Of a DNA stretch of 45,429 nt, positions 15,146 to 26,528 are shown piece after piece. Source of the stretch: Mollicutes bacterium (GTDB lineage Bacteria; Bacillota_I; Bacilli_A; Izemoplasmatales; Izemoplasmataceae); NCBI GenBank assembly GCA_003552275.1, contig PUKL01000021.1, forward strand, positions 1 through 45,429, written 5' to 3'. How positions within the stretch are numbered: position 1 is the stretch's first letter; every line of letters starts with the position of its first letter. The notes beneath the pieces were generated by a model. That model was not told the DNA's origin, searched no databases, and saw nothing but the letters and a program-made list of their open reading frames with translations. Both the position numbers and the translations under genes were made by a program.

Positions 15146-16996
15146 TCATTCCTCCTGTTTCAGGATGCAAAGAGCCAAGGGCGGGAGGGAAAGTCTTACG
15201 GACCATTCCCGTCCGTGAGAAGACTCTTTCCGGGCGGAAAGTGACGGATTCTCCACACCCGAGCCGCCGTAGGTCTCGCGGTCGCTGTTCATGATCTCTT
15301 TATAGTCGCCCGGTGCGGGGACACCGAGTCGAAAATCCTCGTGCGTCGTCGGGGTCAGGTTCAAGACCACGACGACGGGCTTCCCCGCTTTGTCCTTCCG
15401 CAGATAGGCGAGCACGCTCTGTGCCGCGTTGTCGGCGTCGATCCATTCGAAGCCGGCCGGATCGTGGTCGAGCTCGTACAAAGCGGGCTCGTTTCGAAGA
15501 AGCGCGTTCAAGTCTTGCACATAGCGGCGGACGGCATCATGGACGGGATAGCTCAAAAGATTCCAATCAAGCTCGCTCCATTCTTTCCATTCGTCCATCT
15601 GGGCGAATTCTTGCCCCATGAAGAGGAGCTTCTTGCCGGGATGGGTGAAAAGCCACCCCAAGAGCGCGCGATAGTTCGCGAACTTCTGCCAATAATCACC
15701 GGGCATCTTGGAAACGAGGGTCTTCTTCCCGTGCACGACTTCGTCATGCGAAAAGGGCAGGATGAAATTCTCGCTGAAAGCATACATCAAAGAGAAGGTG
15801 ATCTCGTTATGGTGGTGCTTTCTGTGGATCGGTTCCCTTTGGAAGTATTCCAGCGTGTCGTTCATCCAGCCCATGTTCCATTTGTAGTTGAAGCCGAGGC
15901 CGCCCTGTTCGACAGGGTGCGTCACGAGCGGATGGGCCGTCGAGTCCTCGGCGGCGAGGATCATCTGCTCATGGCGGGCGAAGACCGCGCGGGACAGTTT
16001 TTGCAAGAAAGCGACACCGCCTTCGTTCAGACCGCGGGAGGAATCACCGAGATGGTGGATGATGTTCGCCACGGCGTCGACGCGGATGCCGTCGATGTGG
16101 TATTTCTCCATGAAGAAGATGGCGTTGGACACGAGAAAACTCTGTGTCTCGCCCTTGCCGAGGTCGAGATTCGCCGTGCCCCAGACCACGTTCTCGCGGA
16201 TTTTCTCGTCGGCGTACTCGTAGAGATGGGTGCCGTCGAAACGATAGAGCCCGTGGCCGTCCTTGGCGATGTGGCCGGGGACCCAGTCTAGGATGATGCC
16301 GATGCCTTCTTGGTGGCATAGATCCACGAAATGCATGAAATCCGCGGGTTCTCCATACCGGGAGGTGATGCTGTAGTAGCCCGTCCCCTGATAGCCCCAG
16401 GAGCCGTCGAAAGGGTGCTCGTAGACCGGCATCAGTTCGATGTGGGTGAACCCGTGTTCCTTGACGTGCGGGATGAGTCTTTCGGCGAGTTCGCGGTAGC
16501 TGTTGAAGGTGCCGTCGGGCTTGCGCATCCAGCTTCCGAGATGCACTTCGTATATGGAGACGGGGGAATCGTAGGGTCTCTGCCTGCGCCTTTTTTTCAT
16601 ATAGTCGCCATCTTGCCATTCATGGGTGTCGAGGTCGACGACCCGGGAAGGGGTGTCGGGACGAAGGGCGCTTGCGAAAGCGAAGGGGTCGCTCTTGTGG
16701 ATCGTCTCCCCCCGCTTCGTGTGGATGAGGTATTTGTAGAAATGGCCGCGAAGGTCGCGGGTGATTTCGAGACGGAAGACGCCGTCCCCCAGCGGGTGCA
16801 TCTCATGGACGCCCGGGGCATAGTCGTTGAAGGTGCCGACCACATCGACACGGCGCGCGGCGGGGGCGTACACCGTGAAACGGACGGCCCGTGGGCGTCC
16901 TTTTTCATCCTTTTGGACATGGGCGCCGAAATGGGCGTGGGCATCTTCCATGTCGCCTCGCAAGAACGTTCGTCTGGTCGCTTCGTCCATGGACAT
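15146..16996 (-). CDS. glgB: 1,4-alpha-glucan branching enzyme
   Basis: GH13 branching-enzyme motifs (WGYQGTGYY, GIILDWVPGH, DGIRVDAV, AEDST). ATG 16996 is preceded by GAGAAGGGGGGGG. The track start TTG 17011 would overlap recX. Confidence 0.93.
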   Translation of the reverse strand: MSMDEATRRTFLRGDMEDAHAHFGAHVQKDEKGRPRAVRFTVYAPAARRVDVVGTFNDYAPGVHEMHPLGDGVFRLEITRDLRGHFYKYLIHTKRGETIHKSDPFAFASALRPDTPSRVVDLDTHEWQDGDYMKKRRRQRPYDSPVSIYEVHLGSWMRKPDGTFNSYRELAERLIPHVKEHGFTHIELMPVYEHPFDGSWGYQGTGYYSITSRYGEPADFMHFVDLCHQEGIGIILDWVPGHIAKDGHGLYRFDGTHLYEYADEKIRENVVWGTANLDLGKGETQSFLVSNAIFFMEKYHIDGIRVDAVANIIHHLGDSSRGLNEGGVAFLQKLSRAVFARHEQMILAAEDSTAHPLVTHPVEQGGLGFNYKWNMGWMNDTLEYFQREPIHRKHHHNEITFSLMYAFSENFILPFSHDEVVHGKKTLVSKMPGDYWQKFANYRALLGWLFTHPGKKLLFMGQEFAQMDEWKEWSELDWNLLSYPVHDAVRRYVQDLNALLRNEPALYELDHDPAGFEWIDADNAAQSVLAYLRKDKAGKPVVVVLNLTPTTHEDFRLGVPAPGDYKEIMNSDRETYGGSGVENPSLSARKESSHGREWSVRLSLPPLALCILKQEE

Positions 16997-17007
16997 CCCC
17001 CCCCTTC

Positions 17008-17787
17008 TCAATCGAGGTGTTTCCGGATCAGATCATACGCGAAGCCTTCACCGAGGAGCTTCCGGATGAGTCTTTCTTTCGCTTTCGCGTCGGTTTTTCC
17101 GTATTTCGCCCGCAAAGCGGCGATCCGCGCGGTGATGAGCGCTTCGACATCCGTCTCTTGTTCGATTTCGACGCGCGCTTCATAGGCCAACGGTTTCAAG
17201 ATTTCGTAATCGAACCCTTGGCGGAGTCCGGCCGTCAATAGTCTTTCTTCGGCCTTCCTGGGTGTGATGGCGGGCAGGGTCCGCTTGGTCTTCATGATGT
17301 ATTCGCGTGCTTTTCGGCTTTGGGTCTCTTCGTCGTAGGCGGCGAGTACATCGTCCACGAGGGCTTGCGGATAGCCTTCTCGCAAGAAGCGTTCACGCAA
17401 CTTCTTCGGCCCGTCCGTTCGATGGGCGAGGGCATCCTCGAAATGGATGCGGAGCGTCTTCGCATCATCGACATAGCCTTCGTCCTCGAGATGTTTCATG
17501 ACCCTGTCGACGGTTCTTTTCCCGTGGGCGGCGAGTTTCTTCCTAAGAAGCGTCGAGGCATAGTCGCGACGGGCCAAGAGGTCATAAGCTTGGGCCAACG
17601 CCTTGTGGAAGGCGTCGTCGGCTCTTATGCGGCCGAGTTCTTTCTCGTCCAGGGTGTCTTTCAGGAAAAGACCGTGCTTGACGACGGTCTCCTCGCGGAG
17701 GGTGATCGTCTCTTCGTCGCCGTCTTTTTCGAGAACGACGCTGAACGTCTTCTTCCCCGCCGACCGGACGTCTTTCAACTTCATCAT
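17008..17787 (-). CDS. recX: RecX-family regulatory protein
   Basis: A repeated three-helix pattern (ALAQAYDLLARRDYASTLLRKKLAAHG...VDRVMKHLEDEGYVDD...) is typical of Firmicute long RecX. This is similarity by eye only. Confidence 0.6.
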   Translation of the reverse strand: MMKLKDVRSAGKKTFSVVLEKDGDEETITLREETVVKHGLFLKDTLDEKELGRIRADDAFHKALAQAYDLLARRDYASTLLRKKLAAHGKRTVDRVMKHLEDEGYVDDAKTLRIHFEDALAHRTDGPKKLRERFLREGYPQALVDDVLAAYDEETQSRKAREYIMKTKRTLPAITPRKAEERLLTAGLRQGFDYEILKPLAYEARVEIEQETDVEALITARIAALRAKYGKTDAKAKERLIRKLLGEGFAYDLIRKHLD

Positions 17788-19199
17788 TCGCGGAACTCGT
17801 CGAGGGCGACGGAGAGTTGGGTGTCCGTCGCTTGGTCGGTGCGGTAATACAGCAAGAACTCCGAGAGGGCGAGGGCCGTGGTCCCGTCCACCTTGCCACT
17901 CACGGGCAGGTCGTTCTCTTCTTGGAAGTCCTCGACGGCGAGAACCGTGGCCTCGTCGAAGTATCCGTCGGTGCGGATGTCATAGCCGTAGGCGGAGAGG
18001 ATCTTTTGCACGTTGGCGACCTTCGAGGAGACGAGGTCGTATTCGAGGACCTCATCTTCGGCGAGATGGACGCTGTAGGCGTAGTGGTAGGGATTCTGTT
18101 CGACCTCGATTGTGGGTTGCACATGCTCCATGTCACCGCCGTCGAAATGGATCCAGTCTCCCGTCGGTGTGAACCAGCGACCGGCCGAGATGTGCAACTG
18201 GCTGTTGTCGGCGAGCCGGACGGGGATTTGCATCGTTCCCTTGCCGTAAGAAGGGGTGCCGATGACATCATACCCGCCTTTTTCCATCATCGCCATCGCG
18301 AAGACCTCGGAAGCGCTCGCGCTGTTTTGGTTGACGAGCACCTTGATGTCATAGGGTTTCGTCTCCGTTCCGCTCGCTTCGTAATCGTGGCGCAGAGGTG
18401 TCCCGGCGACGACCTGCTCGATGGTGAACATCGGCAGGTCACCTTCGGTGAGGAACATGTCCAAGATCTCCTTGACGCTCGTGAGATAGCCGCCGGTGTT
18501 GTCGCGGACGTCGATGACGAGACCGTCGATCGCATTTTCGTCCTCGAACTCGGAAAGCACGTTCGCGACGAGGTCGGCGGTCTGGTCGCCGAATTGGTTG
18601 ATTTTCAGATAGCCGATCGCGCGGCCTTCGACCTCGAAGATGTCGTGGGTCACGCTCGGATTGGGAATCCGTTCGCGCTCCATGGTGAAAGTGAGCGTCT
18701 CCTCGACGCCGGGGCGCCGGACGCCGAGCTCCACCGTGGTCCCTTCTTCGCCGACGAGGGCGTTGATGGTGTCGAGATAGGATTTATGACGGAAATCGAC
18801 CCCGTCGATGTGGGTCACGGTGTCACCGGGGCGCATGCCCGCGGCCTCGGCGGGCGAGTCCGTCCAGACTTTCCGGACGACGACATTGTCGTCGATGTTC
18901 TCGACGGTCACACCGACCCCGACGAATTCTTCCCCGAAGCCTTCACGGAACTGTTTGGCCTCTTCTTCGGTCATATAACGACTGAAGGGGTCGTTCAAAG
19001 CGTCGAACAGTCCGCGGATGGCGGCCTCATACAGTTCGTCGCGCGAAATGTCTTTGTAGAAGTTGTCTTCGATGCCTTCAATGGCCTCTTCGAAGAGGGC
19101 CCGGTTCGGGTCGTCCCCGGTCGGTCTTTGTTCGCAGCCCGCAAGCGTGAGCGCGAAGACCAAGAAGACACCCGCGATGATGCGGCGCAAATTACGCAT
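17784..19199 (-). CDS. ctpA: S41 carboxy-terminal processing protease, lipoprotein, with C-terminal peptidoglycan-binding domain
   Basis: Lipobox LTLAGC. PDZ region GMRPGDTVTHIDG. S41 core NQNSASASEVFA...GKGT. The C-terminal GYFDEATVLAVEDFQEENDLPVSGKVD is PG_binding_1-like. Confidence 0.85.
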   Translation of the reverse strand: MRNLRRIIAGVFLVFALTLAGCEQRPTGDDPNRALFEEAIEGIEDNFYKDISRDELYEAAIRGLFDALNDPFSRYMTEEEAKQFREGFGEEFVGVGVTVENIDDNVVVRKVWTDSPAEAAGMRPGDTVTHIDGVDFRHKSYLDTINALVGEEGTTVELGVRRPGVEETLTFTMERERIPNPSVTHDIFEVEGRAIGYLKINQFGDQTADLVANVLSEFEDENAIDGLVIDVRDNTGGYLTSVKEILDMFLTEGDLPMFTIEQVVAGTPLRHDYEASGTETKPYDIKVLVNQNSASASEVFAMAMMEKGGYDVIGTPSYGKGTMQIPVRLADNSQLHISAGRWFTPTGDWIHFDGGDMEHVQPTIEVEQNPYHYAYSVHLAEDEVLEYDLVSSKVANVQKILSAYGYDIRTDGYFDEATVLAVEDFQEENDLPVSGKVDGTTALALSEFLLYYRTDQATDTQLSVALDEFRE

Positions 19200-19202
19200 G
19201 AT

Positions 19203-20090
19203 TCAATCATCCTCCCAATGGGTGGTGAAATCGCCTTGTATCTCTGTGGCCGGGGACGCGAAGACGAAAGCGTCTTCGTCGACCTCGGCGATGATGTCGC
19301 GAATCCGGTGATACTCGTCGCGGGTGATGACCGAAAGCACGATGGTCTTGTCCCGCATGCTGTAGCCGCCCTTCATCGGGACGAGGCTCACACCGCGTTC
19401 CAAAGCCTCGTAGATGAGCTCCTTGATGCGGGCGGGTTTCTCGGTGACGATGTGGACGGCTTTCATGGTGTTGGAACCGATGACGACGTAATCGGCCACC
19501 CGGCCGCTCACGACCATGGTGAGGATGGCATAAAGCCCCATGGTGATGCCTTTGTCGGCATAGAAAGCGATGACGCCGGAAAGGATGATCGCGCCGTCGA
19601 TCAAGTATATGGAAAAGCTCAAGGGGAGCTTGAGCCGTTTATGCAGAATCTTGATGGGGATGTCCGTCCCGCCGCTCGTGCCGCCGTATTTGATGACATA
19701 GCCGAAGCCGATGCCGAGCAAAAAGCCGCCGAACATCGTATACAAAAGATAATCGGGCTCCATGTCCAGCTCTGGGCTGAACTCCTCCAACAAAAAGAGG
19801 AACAACGGAAACAACAAAGAACCATAGATACTGCGGAGGAAACTCTTGAAACCGAGAAAGAGCCACCCGAGCCCGAGCAGGACCACATTCAAGATGAGGA
19901 CGACCAAAGAGACGCGGATGGCGAAGAGCTCGGAAAAGAGCACACCGACACCGCTCACCCCGCCGATGACCAACGCCGCGGGTATGATGAAATAATAGAA
20001 GCCTGCCACCATGAGGAAGATGCCGACGCTGATCATGAGATAACGGTTGGAAAGCGAGAGTTTCCTAAGCGTCTTTCGCATCCCGCTCAC
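19203..20090 (-). CDS. YitT-family membrane protein (DUF161/DUF2179)
   Basis: Polytopic N-terminus with GGTSGGTDI. The soluble C-terminal domain VHIVTEKPARIKELI...SLVPMKGGYS resembles DUF2179. There is a 26-nt overlap with prfB. An alternative start is 20081. Confidence 0.75.
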   Translation of the reverse strand: MSGMRKTLRKLSLSNRYLMISVGIFLMVAGFYYFIIPAALVIGGVSGVGVLFSELFAIRVSLVVLILNVVLLGLGWLFLGFKSFLRSIYGSLLFPLFLFLLEEFSPELDMEPDYLLYTMFGGFLLGIGFGYVIKYGGTSGGTDIPIKILHKRLKLPLSFSIYLIDGAIILSGVIAFYADKGITMGLYAILTMVVSGRVADYVVIGSNTMKAVHIVTEKPARIKELIYEALERGVSLVPMKGGYSMRDKTIVLSVITRDEYHRIRDIIAEVDEDAFVFASPATEIQGDFTTHWEDD

Positions 20091-21183
20091 GCTCCTTGGA
20101 GAGCTGCTTCAAGTGGCCCAGGATGAATTCGTCGATCTCGCCGTCCAGGACCTTCTGCACCTGGGCGGTCTCCACTTCGGTGCGATGGTCCTTGACCATG
20201 TTGTAGGGGTGCAGGACATAGGAGCGGATCTGGCTGCCGAAAGCGACGGCGGAGCCCTCCCCTTTGATCTGCATGATCTCTTCTTGTTTCTTTTCCTTTT
20301 CCAGGCGGAAGAGTTTCGCTTTCAAAATCTTCAGCGCCTGTTCGCGGTTTTTGATCTGGGACCGTTCGTTTTGGCAGGTCACCGTGACATCGGTGGGAAG
20401 ATGGGTGATCCGGACGGCCGAGTCGGTGGTGTTGACGTGTTGGCCGCCGGCGCCGCTCGAACGGTAGGTGTCGATGCGGAGGTCGGCGTCCTTCAACTCG
20501 ATGTCGATCTCGTCGTCGACTTCGGGGATGACGGTGACGGCGGCGAAACTCGTATGCCGCCGTGACGAAGAGTCGAACGGCGAGATCCGCACCAAGCGAT
20601 GGACGCCGTGTTCGTTCTTCAAAAGGCCGTAGGCGTGTTCGCCGCGGATGGTGACGGTCGCGTTCTTCAATCCCGCCTCGCCGCCTTCGAGATAGTCGTT
20701 CACGATGAAAGAGAAGCCCTTCCGCTCGGCGTAGCGCTTGTACATCCGATAGAGCATCAAGGCCCAATCATGGCTTTCCGTGCCGCCCGCACCGGGGTGG
20801 ATCTCCAAGATGGCCGGGGCGCTGTCGTACTCCTCGGAGAGGAAGAGCAAGGTCTCGAGCTTGTCGAAAGCCCGCTCGAGATGGGCGATGTCGTCTTCCA
20901 CACCCTCGGCGGATTCTTCCATCTCGATGAGTTCGAGGGCGACCTCGATGTTCTCGAGACCGCGCTCGAGTTCTTGGTAGGCTTCGAGGCGGTTCTTCTT
21001 CTCCTTCAAGCGCTTGATGACTCTCTGGGCCCTTTTGTGGTCGTCCCAGAAGCCGTTCTCATAGGTCTCGGCCTCGATCTCTTTGATGGAGGCTTCGAGC
21101 GTGTCGATGTCGAGGAGGCTCTTGATGTCTTCGAGGCGACGCTCGAAGGTTTCTTTGTATTGGCGGATCTCATAGGTTTCCAT
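20065..21183 (-). CDS. prfB: peptide chain release factor 2, encoded without programmed frameshift
   Basis: SPF tripeptide (RISPFDSSSRRHTSF) and GGQ (SSGAGGQHVNTTDSAV). It is a continuous frame from METYEIRQYKE. ATG 21183 has GGATGG 8 nt upstream. In-frame GTG/ATG codons also occur at 21192/21189. Confidence 0.93.
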   Translation of the reverse strand: METYEIRQYKETFERRLEDIKSLLDIDTLEASIKEIEAETYENGFWDDHKRAQRVIKRLKEKKNRLEAYQELERGLENIEVALELIEMEESAEGVEDDIAHLERAFDKLETLLFLSEEYDSAPAILEIHPGAGGTESHDWALMLYRMYKRYAERKGFSFIVNDYLEGGEAGLKNATVTIRGEHAYGLLKNEHGVHRLVRISPFDSSSRRHTSFAAVTVIPEVDDEIDIELKDADLRIDTYRSSGAGGQHVNTTDSAVRITHLPTDVTVTCQNERSQIKNREQALKILKAKLFRLEKEKKQEEIMQIKGEGSAVAFGSQIRSYVLHPYNMVKDHRTEVETAQVQKVLDGEIDEFILGHLKQLSKERERDAKDA

Positions 21184-21203
21184 GGTCATCACCCATCCGG
21201 GGC

Positions 21204-23708
<2,505 letters not shown>

Positions 23709-23783
23709 AGTGTCACCTCATTCAATCATGAATATCATATCATAAAGGTCTTCCATAAAAAAGGATAGAGCCCGTCACACGGC

Positions 23784-23814
23784 AAAAAAAATGCGCGATC
23801 GACCGATCGCGCAT
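23784..23814 (-). terminator. intrinsic terminator after hpf
   Basis: RNA AUGCGCGAUCG-GU-CGAUCGCGCAU is followed by U8. The A/T tracts on both sides could allow bidirectional function. Confidence 0.85.
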
Positions 23815-23821
23815 TTCTTGG

Positions 23822-24361
23822 TCATTCGGTCTCGATCACGGCGTAGTCGCCGTCTTTTCTGAGATAGAGCACATGGACCTTGTCCGTCTCCTCGTCGCGG
23901 TAGATGTAGAAGTCGTGCCCGAGCATCTCCATCGCCGTGATGGCTTCGTCGGTCGTCATCTTTTCGAGTTTGTGGGTCTTTTTCTTGACGGGATGACCGA
24001 CGAGTTCGCGCTCGAGGGCTTCGAGGTCCACATCGTCGTTGAAGATGTCCTTGACACCTTCCCGTTTCCGGAGACTCCTGTTCACTTTCGTCTTGTTCTT
24101 GCGGATCTGGCGTTCGAGTTTGTCGATGGCGATGTCGATCGCCGCGTACATATCTTCTTCTCCGACCTCGGCGCGCATGGTGAAGAGTTTGGTCGGTATT
24201 GTGATTTCCACTTTGTGATGATCGCTGTAGGTCTTGCAGACAACGGCGGCGTCCAGTTCCTCCTTGAAGTAGCGTTCGAGTTTCGAGAGTTTCTCCTTCG
24301 CGTAGTTCTCGATGGCCTCTGTCACGGTGAAACCGTTCTTGCCGCGCACTTCGACAATCAT
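23822..24361 (-). CDS. hpf: ribosome hibernation promoting factor, long form
   Basis: MIVEVRGKNGFTVTEAIENYAKEKLSKLERYF... plus a C-terminal dimerisation domain (MEMLGHDFYIYRDEETDKVHVLYLRKDGDYAVIE). AGAAGGAG SD lies 9 nt before ATG 24361. The track start TTG 24370 abuts the SD. Confidence 0.9.
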   Translation of the reverse strand: MIVEVRGKNGFTVTEAIENYAKEKLSKLERYFKEELDAAVVCKTYSDHHKVEITIPTKLFTMRAEVGEEDMYAAIDIAIDKLERQIRKNKTKVNRSLRKREGVKDIFNDDVDLEALERELVGHPVKKKTHKLEKMTTDEAITAMEMLGHDFYIYRDEETDKVHVLYLRKDGDYAVIETE

Positions 24362-24391
24362 CTCGATCAACTCCTTCTCTTTGATACTTTC

Positions 24392-24400
24392 ATTATATCA
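24392..24400 (-). promoter_or_regulatory. extended -10 promoter element of hpf (TGaTATAAT)
   Basis: The minus strand reads TGATATAAT about 25 nt upstream of the hpf SD. The -35 is weak. Confidence 0.5.
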
Positions 24401-24428
24401 TATTTGTCGCCCGGCATAATCCGAGTCG

Positions 24429-24881
24429 CTAAAAAAATGACGGGTCCGCATCCAAGGCGATCATGAGCGTCTCGATCTCGTCCATGGTGAAGAATTCCGC
24501 CCGATAGAGCCTCAGGGGGCGCATAAGGCTTGCAAGATGAAGAAGGGCGACACGGTCGCTCAAGAGCCCTTCTTCGACAAAAACGATGGCGTTCCCACTT
24601 TGTGCCGTCATGGCGAAGATGCGGGCTGTGAGCACGGGGTGGTCGGCATGATGGAAACTGAAGATATGGCACTCGCTCCCCGAAAGGGGTAAGACCTCCC
24701 GACGTATTTCCCGGTTAGAGAGCCTTCTACACCGGGGACACACCGTCTCGAGCCGGAAAAGGTCGGCGAAGGTCTGACGCAAGAGAAAATCCCTTTGACA
24801 ATGAGGACAAATCGGCATGAAAAACACCGCCTGCACGGGCATCATACGGGCAGGCGGTGCGGTTTTCTTTTTTGGGGTCAA
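24429..24881 (-). CDS. ComFC-like double zinc-ribbon protein with degenerate/truncated phosphoribosyltransferase domain
   Basis: MPICPHCQRDFLLRQTFADLFRLETVCPRCRR matches the ComFC N-terminal CxxC...CxxC pattern. AIVFVEEGLLSD occupies the place of the PRPP motif VLLVDDxxTTGxT. The location upstream of hpf-secA-prfB mirrors comF-hpf-secA synteny in Bacillus. Possible starts are 24881, 24845 or 24818. Confidence 0.5.
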   Translation of the reverse strand: MTPKKKTAPPARMMPVQAVFFMPICPHCQRDFLLRQTFADLFRLETVCPRCRRLSNREIRREVLPLSGSECHIFSFHHADHPVLTARIFAMTAQSGNAIVFVEEGLLSDRVALLHLASLMRPLRLYRAEFFTMDEIETLMIALDADPSFF

Positions 24882-25945
24882 TATTCTTTCGCTTCCGTCT
24901 TCCCTTCGAGGAGGGCCGCCATGTTGAAGGCCATGGACACGAGTTCGTTCTCTCCGGGGAAGAGACGGATGTCCCCCAGATGGTCGATCATCTCCAGGAG
25001 GGGTTGGATGATGTCTTGGTTGTAAGCGAGTCCCCCCGTCAAAAGGATCGCGTCCAGTTGTCCTTGGGTGAGGGCGTGGAGGGCCCCGATCTCCTTGGCA
25101 ATCTGGTGCACCATGGCATCGACGACCTTCACGGCTTCGACCCGGTTCTCGTTCAACATGTCGCTCACGGCCTCGGCGTCCTTGGTGTTCAGATAGCTGA
25201 ACATGCCGCCGTAGTGCCGCACGAGTTTCAAGAACTCCTCCTTGGTGTGGGAACCATACGCCATGTCGATGACGGCGGAGACGGGAAGACTGCCGGTCCG
25301 TTCGGGACTCATCGGCCCGTCACCGTCGAGGGCGTTGTTGACGTCGACGACGCGACCCAACTTGTGATAGCCCACGCTGATGCCGCCGCCGAGGTGGGCG
25401 ACGATCAAGTGGAGCTTCTCGTAGGGGATTTTCACCTCTTCGGCGTATTTCCGTGCGACGGCCTTGTGGTTCAAGGCATGAAAGAGGCTCCGGCGGGTGA
25501 TGCCGTTCAACCCGCTCATCTTGGCGACCTCGTCCATCTCGTCGACGACGACGGGATCGGCGATATAGGCCTCTTTGCCGGCCTTCTTCGCCAAAGCGCA
25601 GGCGATGAGGCCGCCGAGGTTCGAGGCGTGTTCCCCGTGGGTGTTCGCCTGCAGCTCCTCGATCATGGTCTCGTTGACTCGATAAAGACCGCTCTCGAGC
25701 GGACGCAGGAGTCCGCCCCTGCCGATGAAGCCGTCAAGCGAGGAGAGGGGAATCTCATATTCGTCCAAGAAGTCCAAGACCAACTGTTTGCGGAGGGGCA
25801 ACTGTTCGGCGAGGGTCTCCAGCTTCAACATGTCGCTTTCTTCGTGGCGGATGGTCGTCTTGGCGATGGGTTTGAGTTTCTTCTTCTTTTCGTAGACGGC
25901 CACCTTGGTGCTCGTGGAACCGGGGTTGATAACGAGGATCCGCAT
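24878..25945 (-). CDS. buk: butyrate (branched-chain acyl) kinase
   Basis: MRILVINPGSTSTKVAVYE... and HLGGGISVG. AAGGTGG SD lies 8 nt before ATG 25945. Confidence 0.92.
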   Translation of the reverse strand: MRILVINPGSTSTKVAVYEKKKKLKPIAKTTIRHEESDMLKLETLAEQLPLRKQLVLDFLDEYEIPLSSLDGFIGRGGLLRPLESGLYRVNETMIEELQANTHGEHASNLGGLIACALAKKAGKEAYIADPVVVDEMDEVAKMSGLNGITRRSLFHALNHKAVARKYAEEVKIPYEKLHLIVAHLGGGISVGYHKLGRVVDVNNALDGDGPMSPERTGSLPVSAVIDMAYGSHTKEEFLKLVRHYGGMFSYLNTKDAEAVSDMLNENRVEAVKVVDAMVHQIAKEIGALHALTQGQLDAILLTGGLAYNQDIIQPLLEMIDHLGDIRLFPGENELVSMAFNMAALLEGKTEAKEY

Positions 25946-25976
25946 GCGGATCACCACCTTGAGACGGCCGGGATGT

Positions 25977-26528
25977 CTATTTCCCGACAGCCCGGATACC
26001 GGCTTCGAGCGCCTTTTTGTTCAAATCGATGAGCTCGCTCTTCCTGCCGGTGAAGATCTTTTCGAAAACGGCGAACATATCGTCTTTGGAAAAGACTCCG
26101 GTGACAGCGATATAGGCTCCCAGCATGACCATGTTCGCCACGCGCAGATTGCCGATCTCGAGCGCTTGCTTGTTGGCGTCGACTTCGTAGACCTCGATGT
26201 CGTCACGATAGACGGCGTCGGAAATCTGGCTCTTGTTGGCGATGAGGATGCCGCCTTTTTTCAGTTTCTTCTGGAACTTGTCGAGTGAGGGCTGGTTCAT
26301 GATGATGAGCGAATCGGGGACACTCACGACGGGGGAGTTGATTCTTTCTTCGCCGATGGTCACAGCGCAGTTCGCCGTGCCGCCCCGGGTCTCGGGACCG
26401 TAGGAAGGAATCCAGGTCGTGTTCAGATCGGCGACTGTCGCCGCATGGGAGAGGATCTGTCCCATGAGCATGACGCCCTGTCCGCCGAAACCGGCGATGA
26501 TGACTTTTTCCTCATTCATCGTTATCAC
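25977..26528 (-). CDS. 2-oxoacid:ferredoxin oxidoreductase, gamma subunit
   Basis: IIAGFGGQGVMLMGQILSHAA... is typical of the gamma subunit of four-subunit OFORs. Confidence 0.88.
   Translation of the reverse strand: MITMNEEKVIIAGFGGQGVMLMGQILSHAATVADLNTTWIPSYGPETRGGTANCAVTIGEERINSPVVSVPDSLIIMNQPSLDKFQKKLKKGGILIANKSQISDAVYRDDIEVYEVDANKQALEIGNLRVANMVMLGAYIAVTGVFSKDDMFAVFEKIFTGRKSELIDLNKKALEAGIRAVGK

Noticed and set aside
17817-20126. 769-aa plus-strand ORF
   Set aside because: It is antisense to ctpA and yitT and has no motifs of its own. The same reasoning applies to 3966..5300, 12471..14006, 13858..15294 and 38126..39538.
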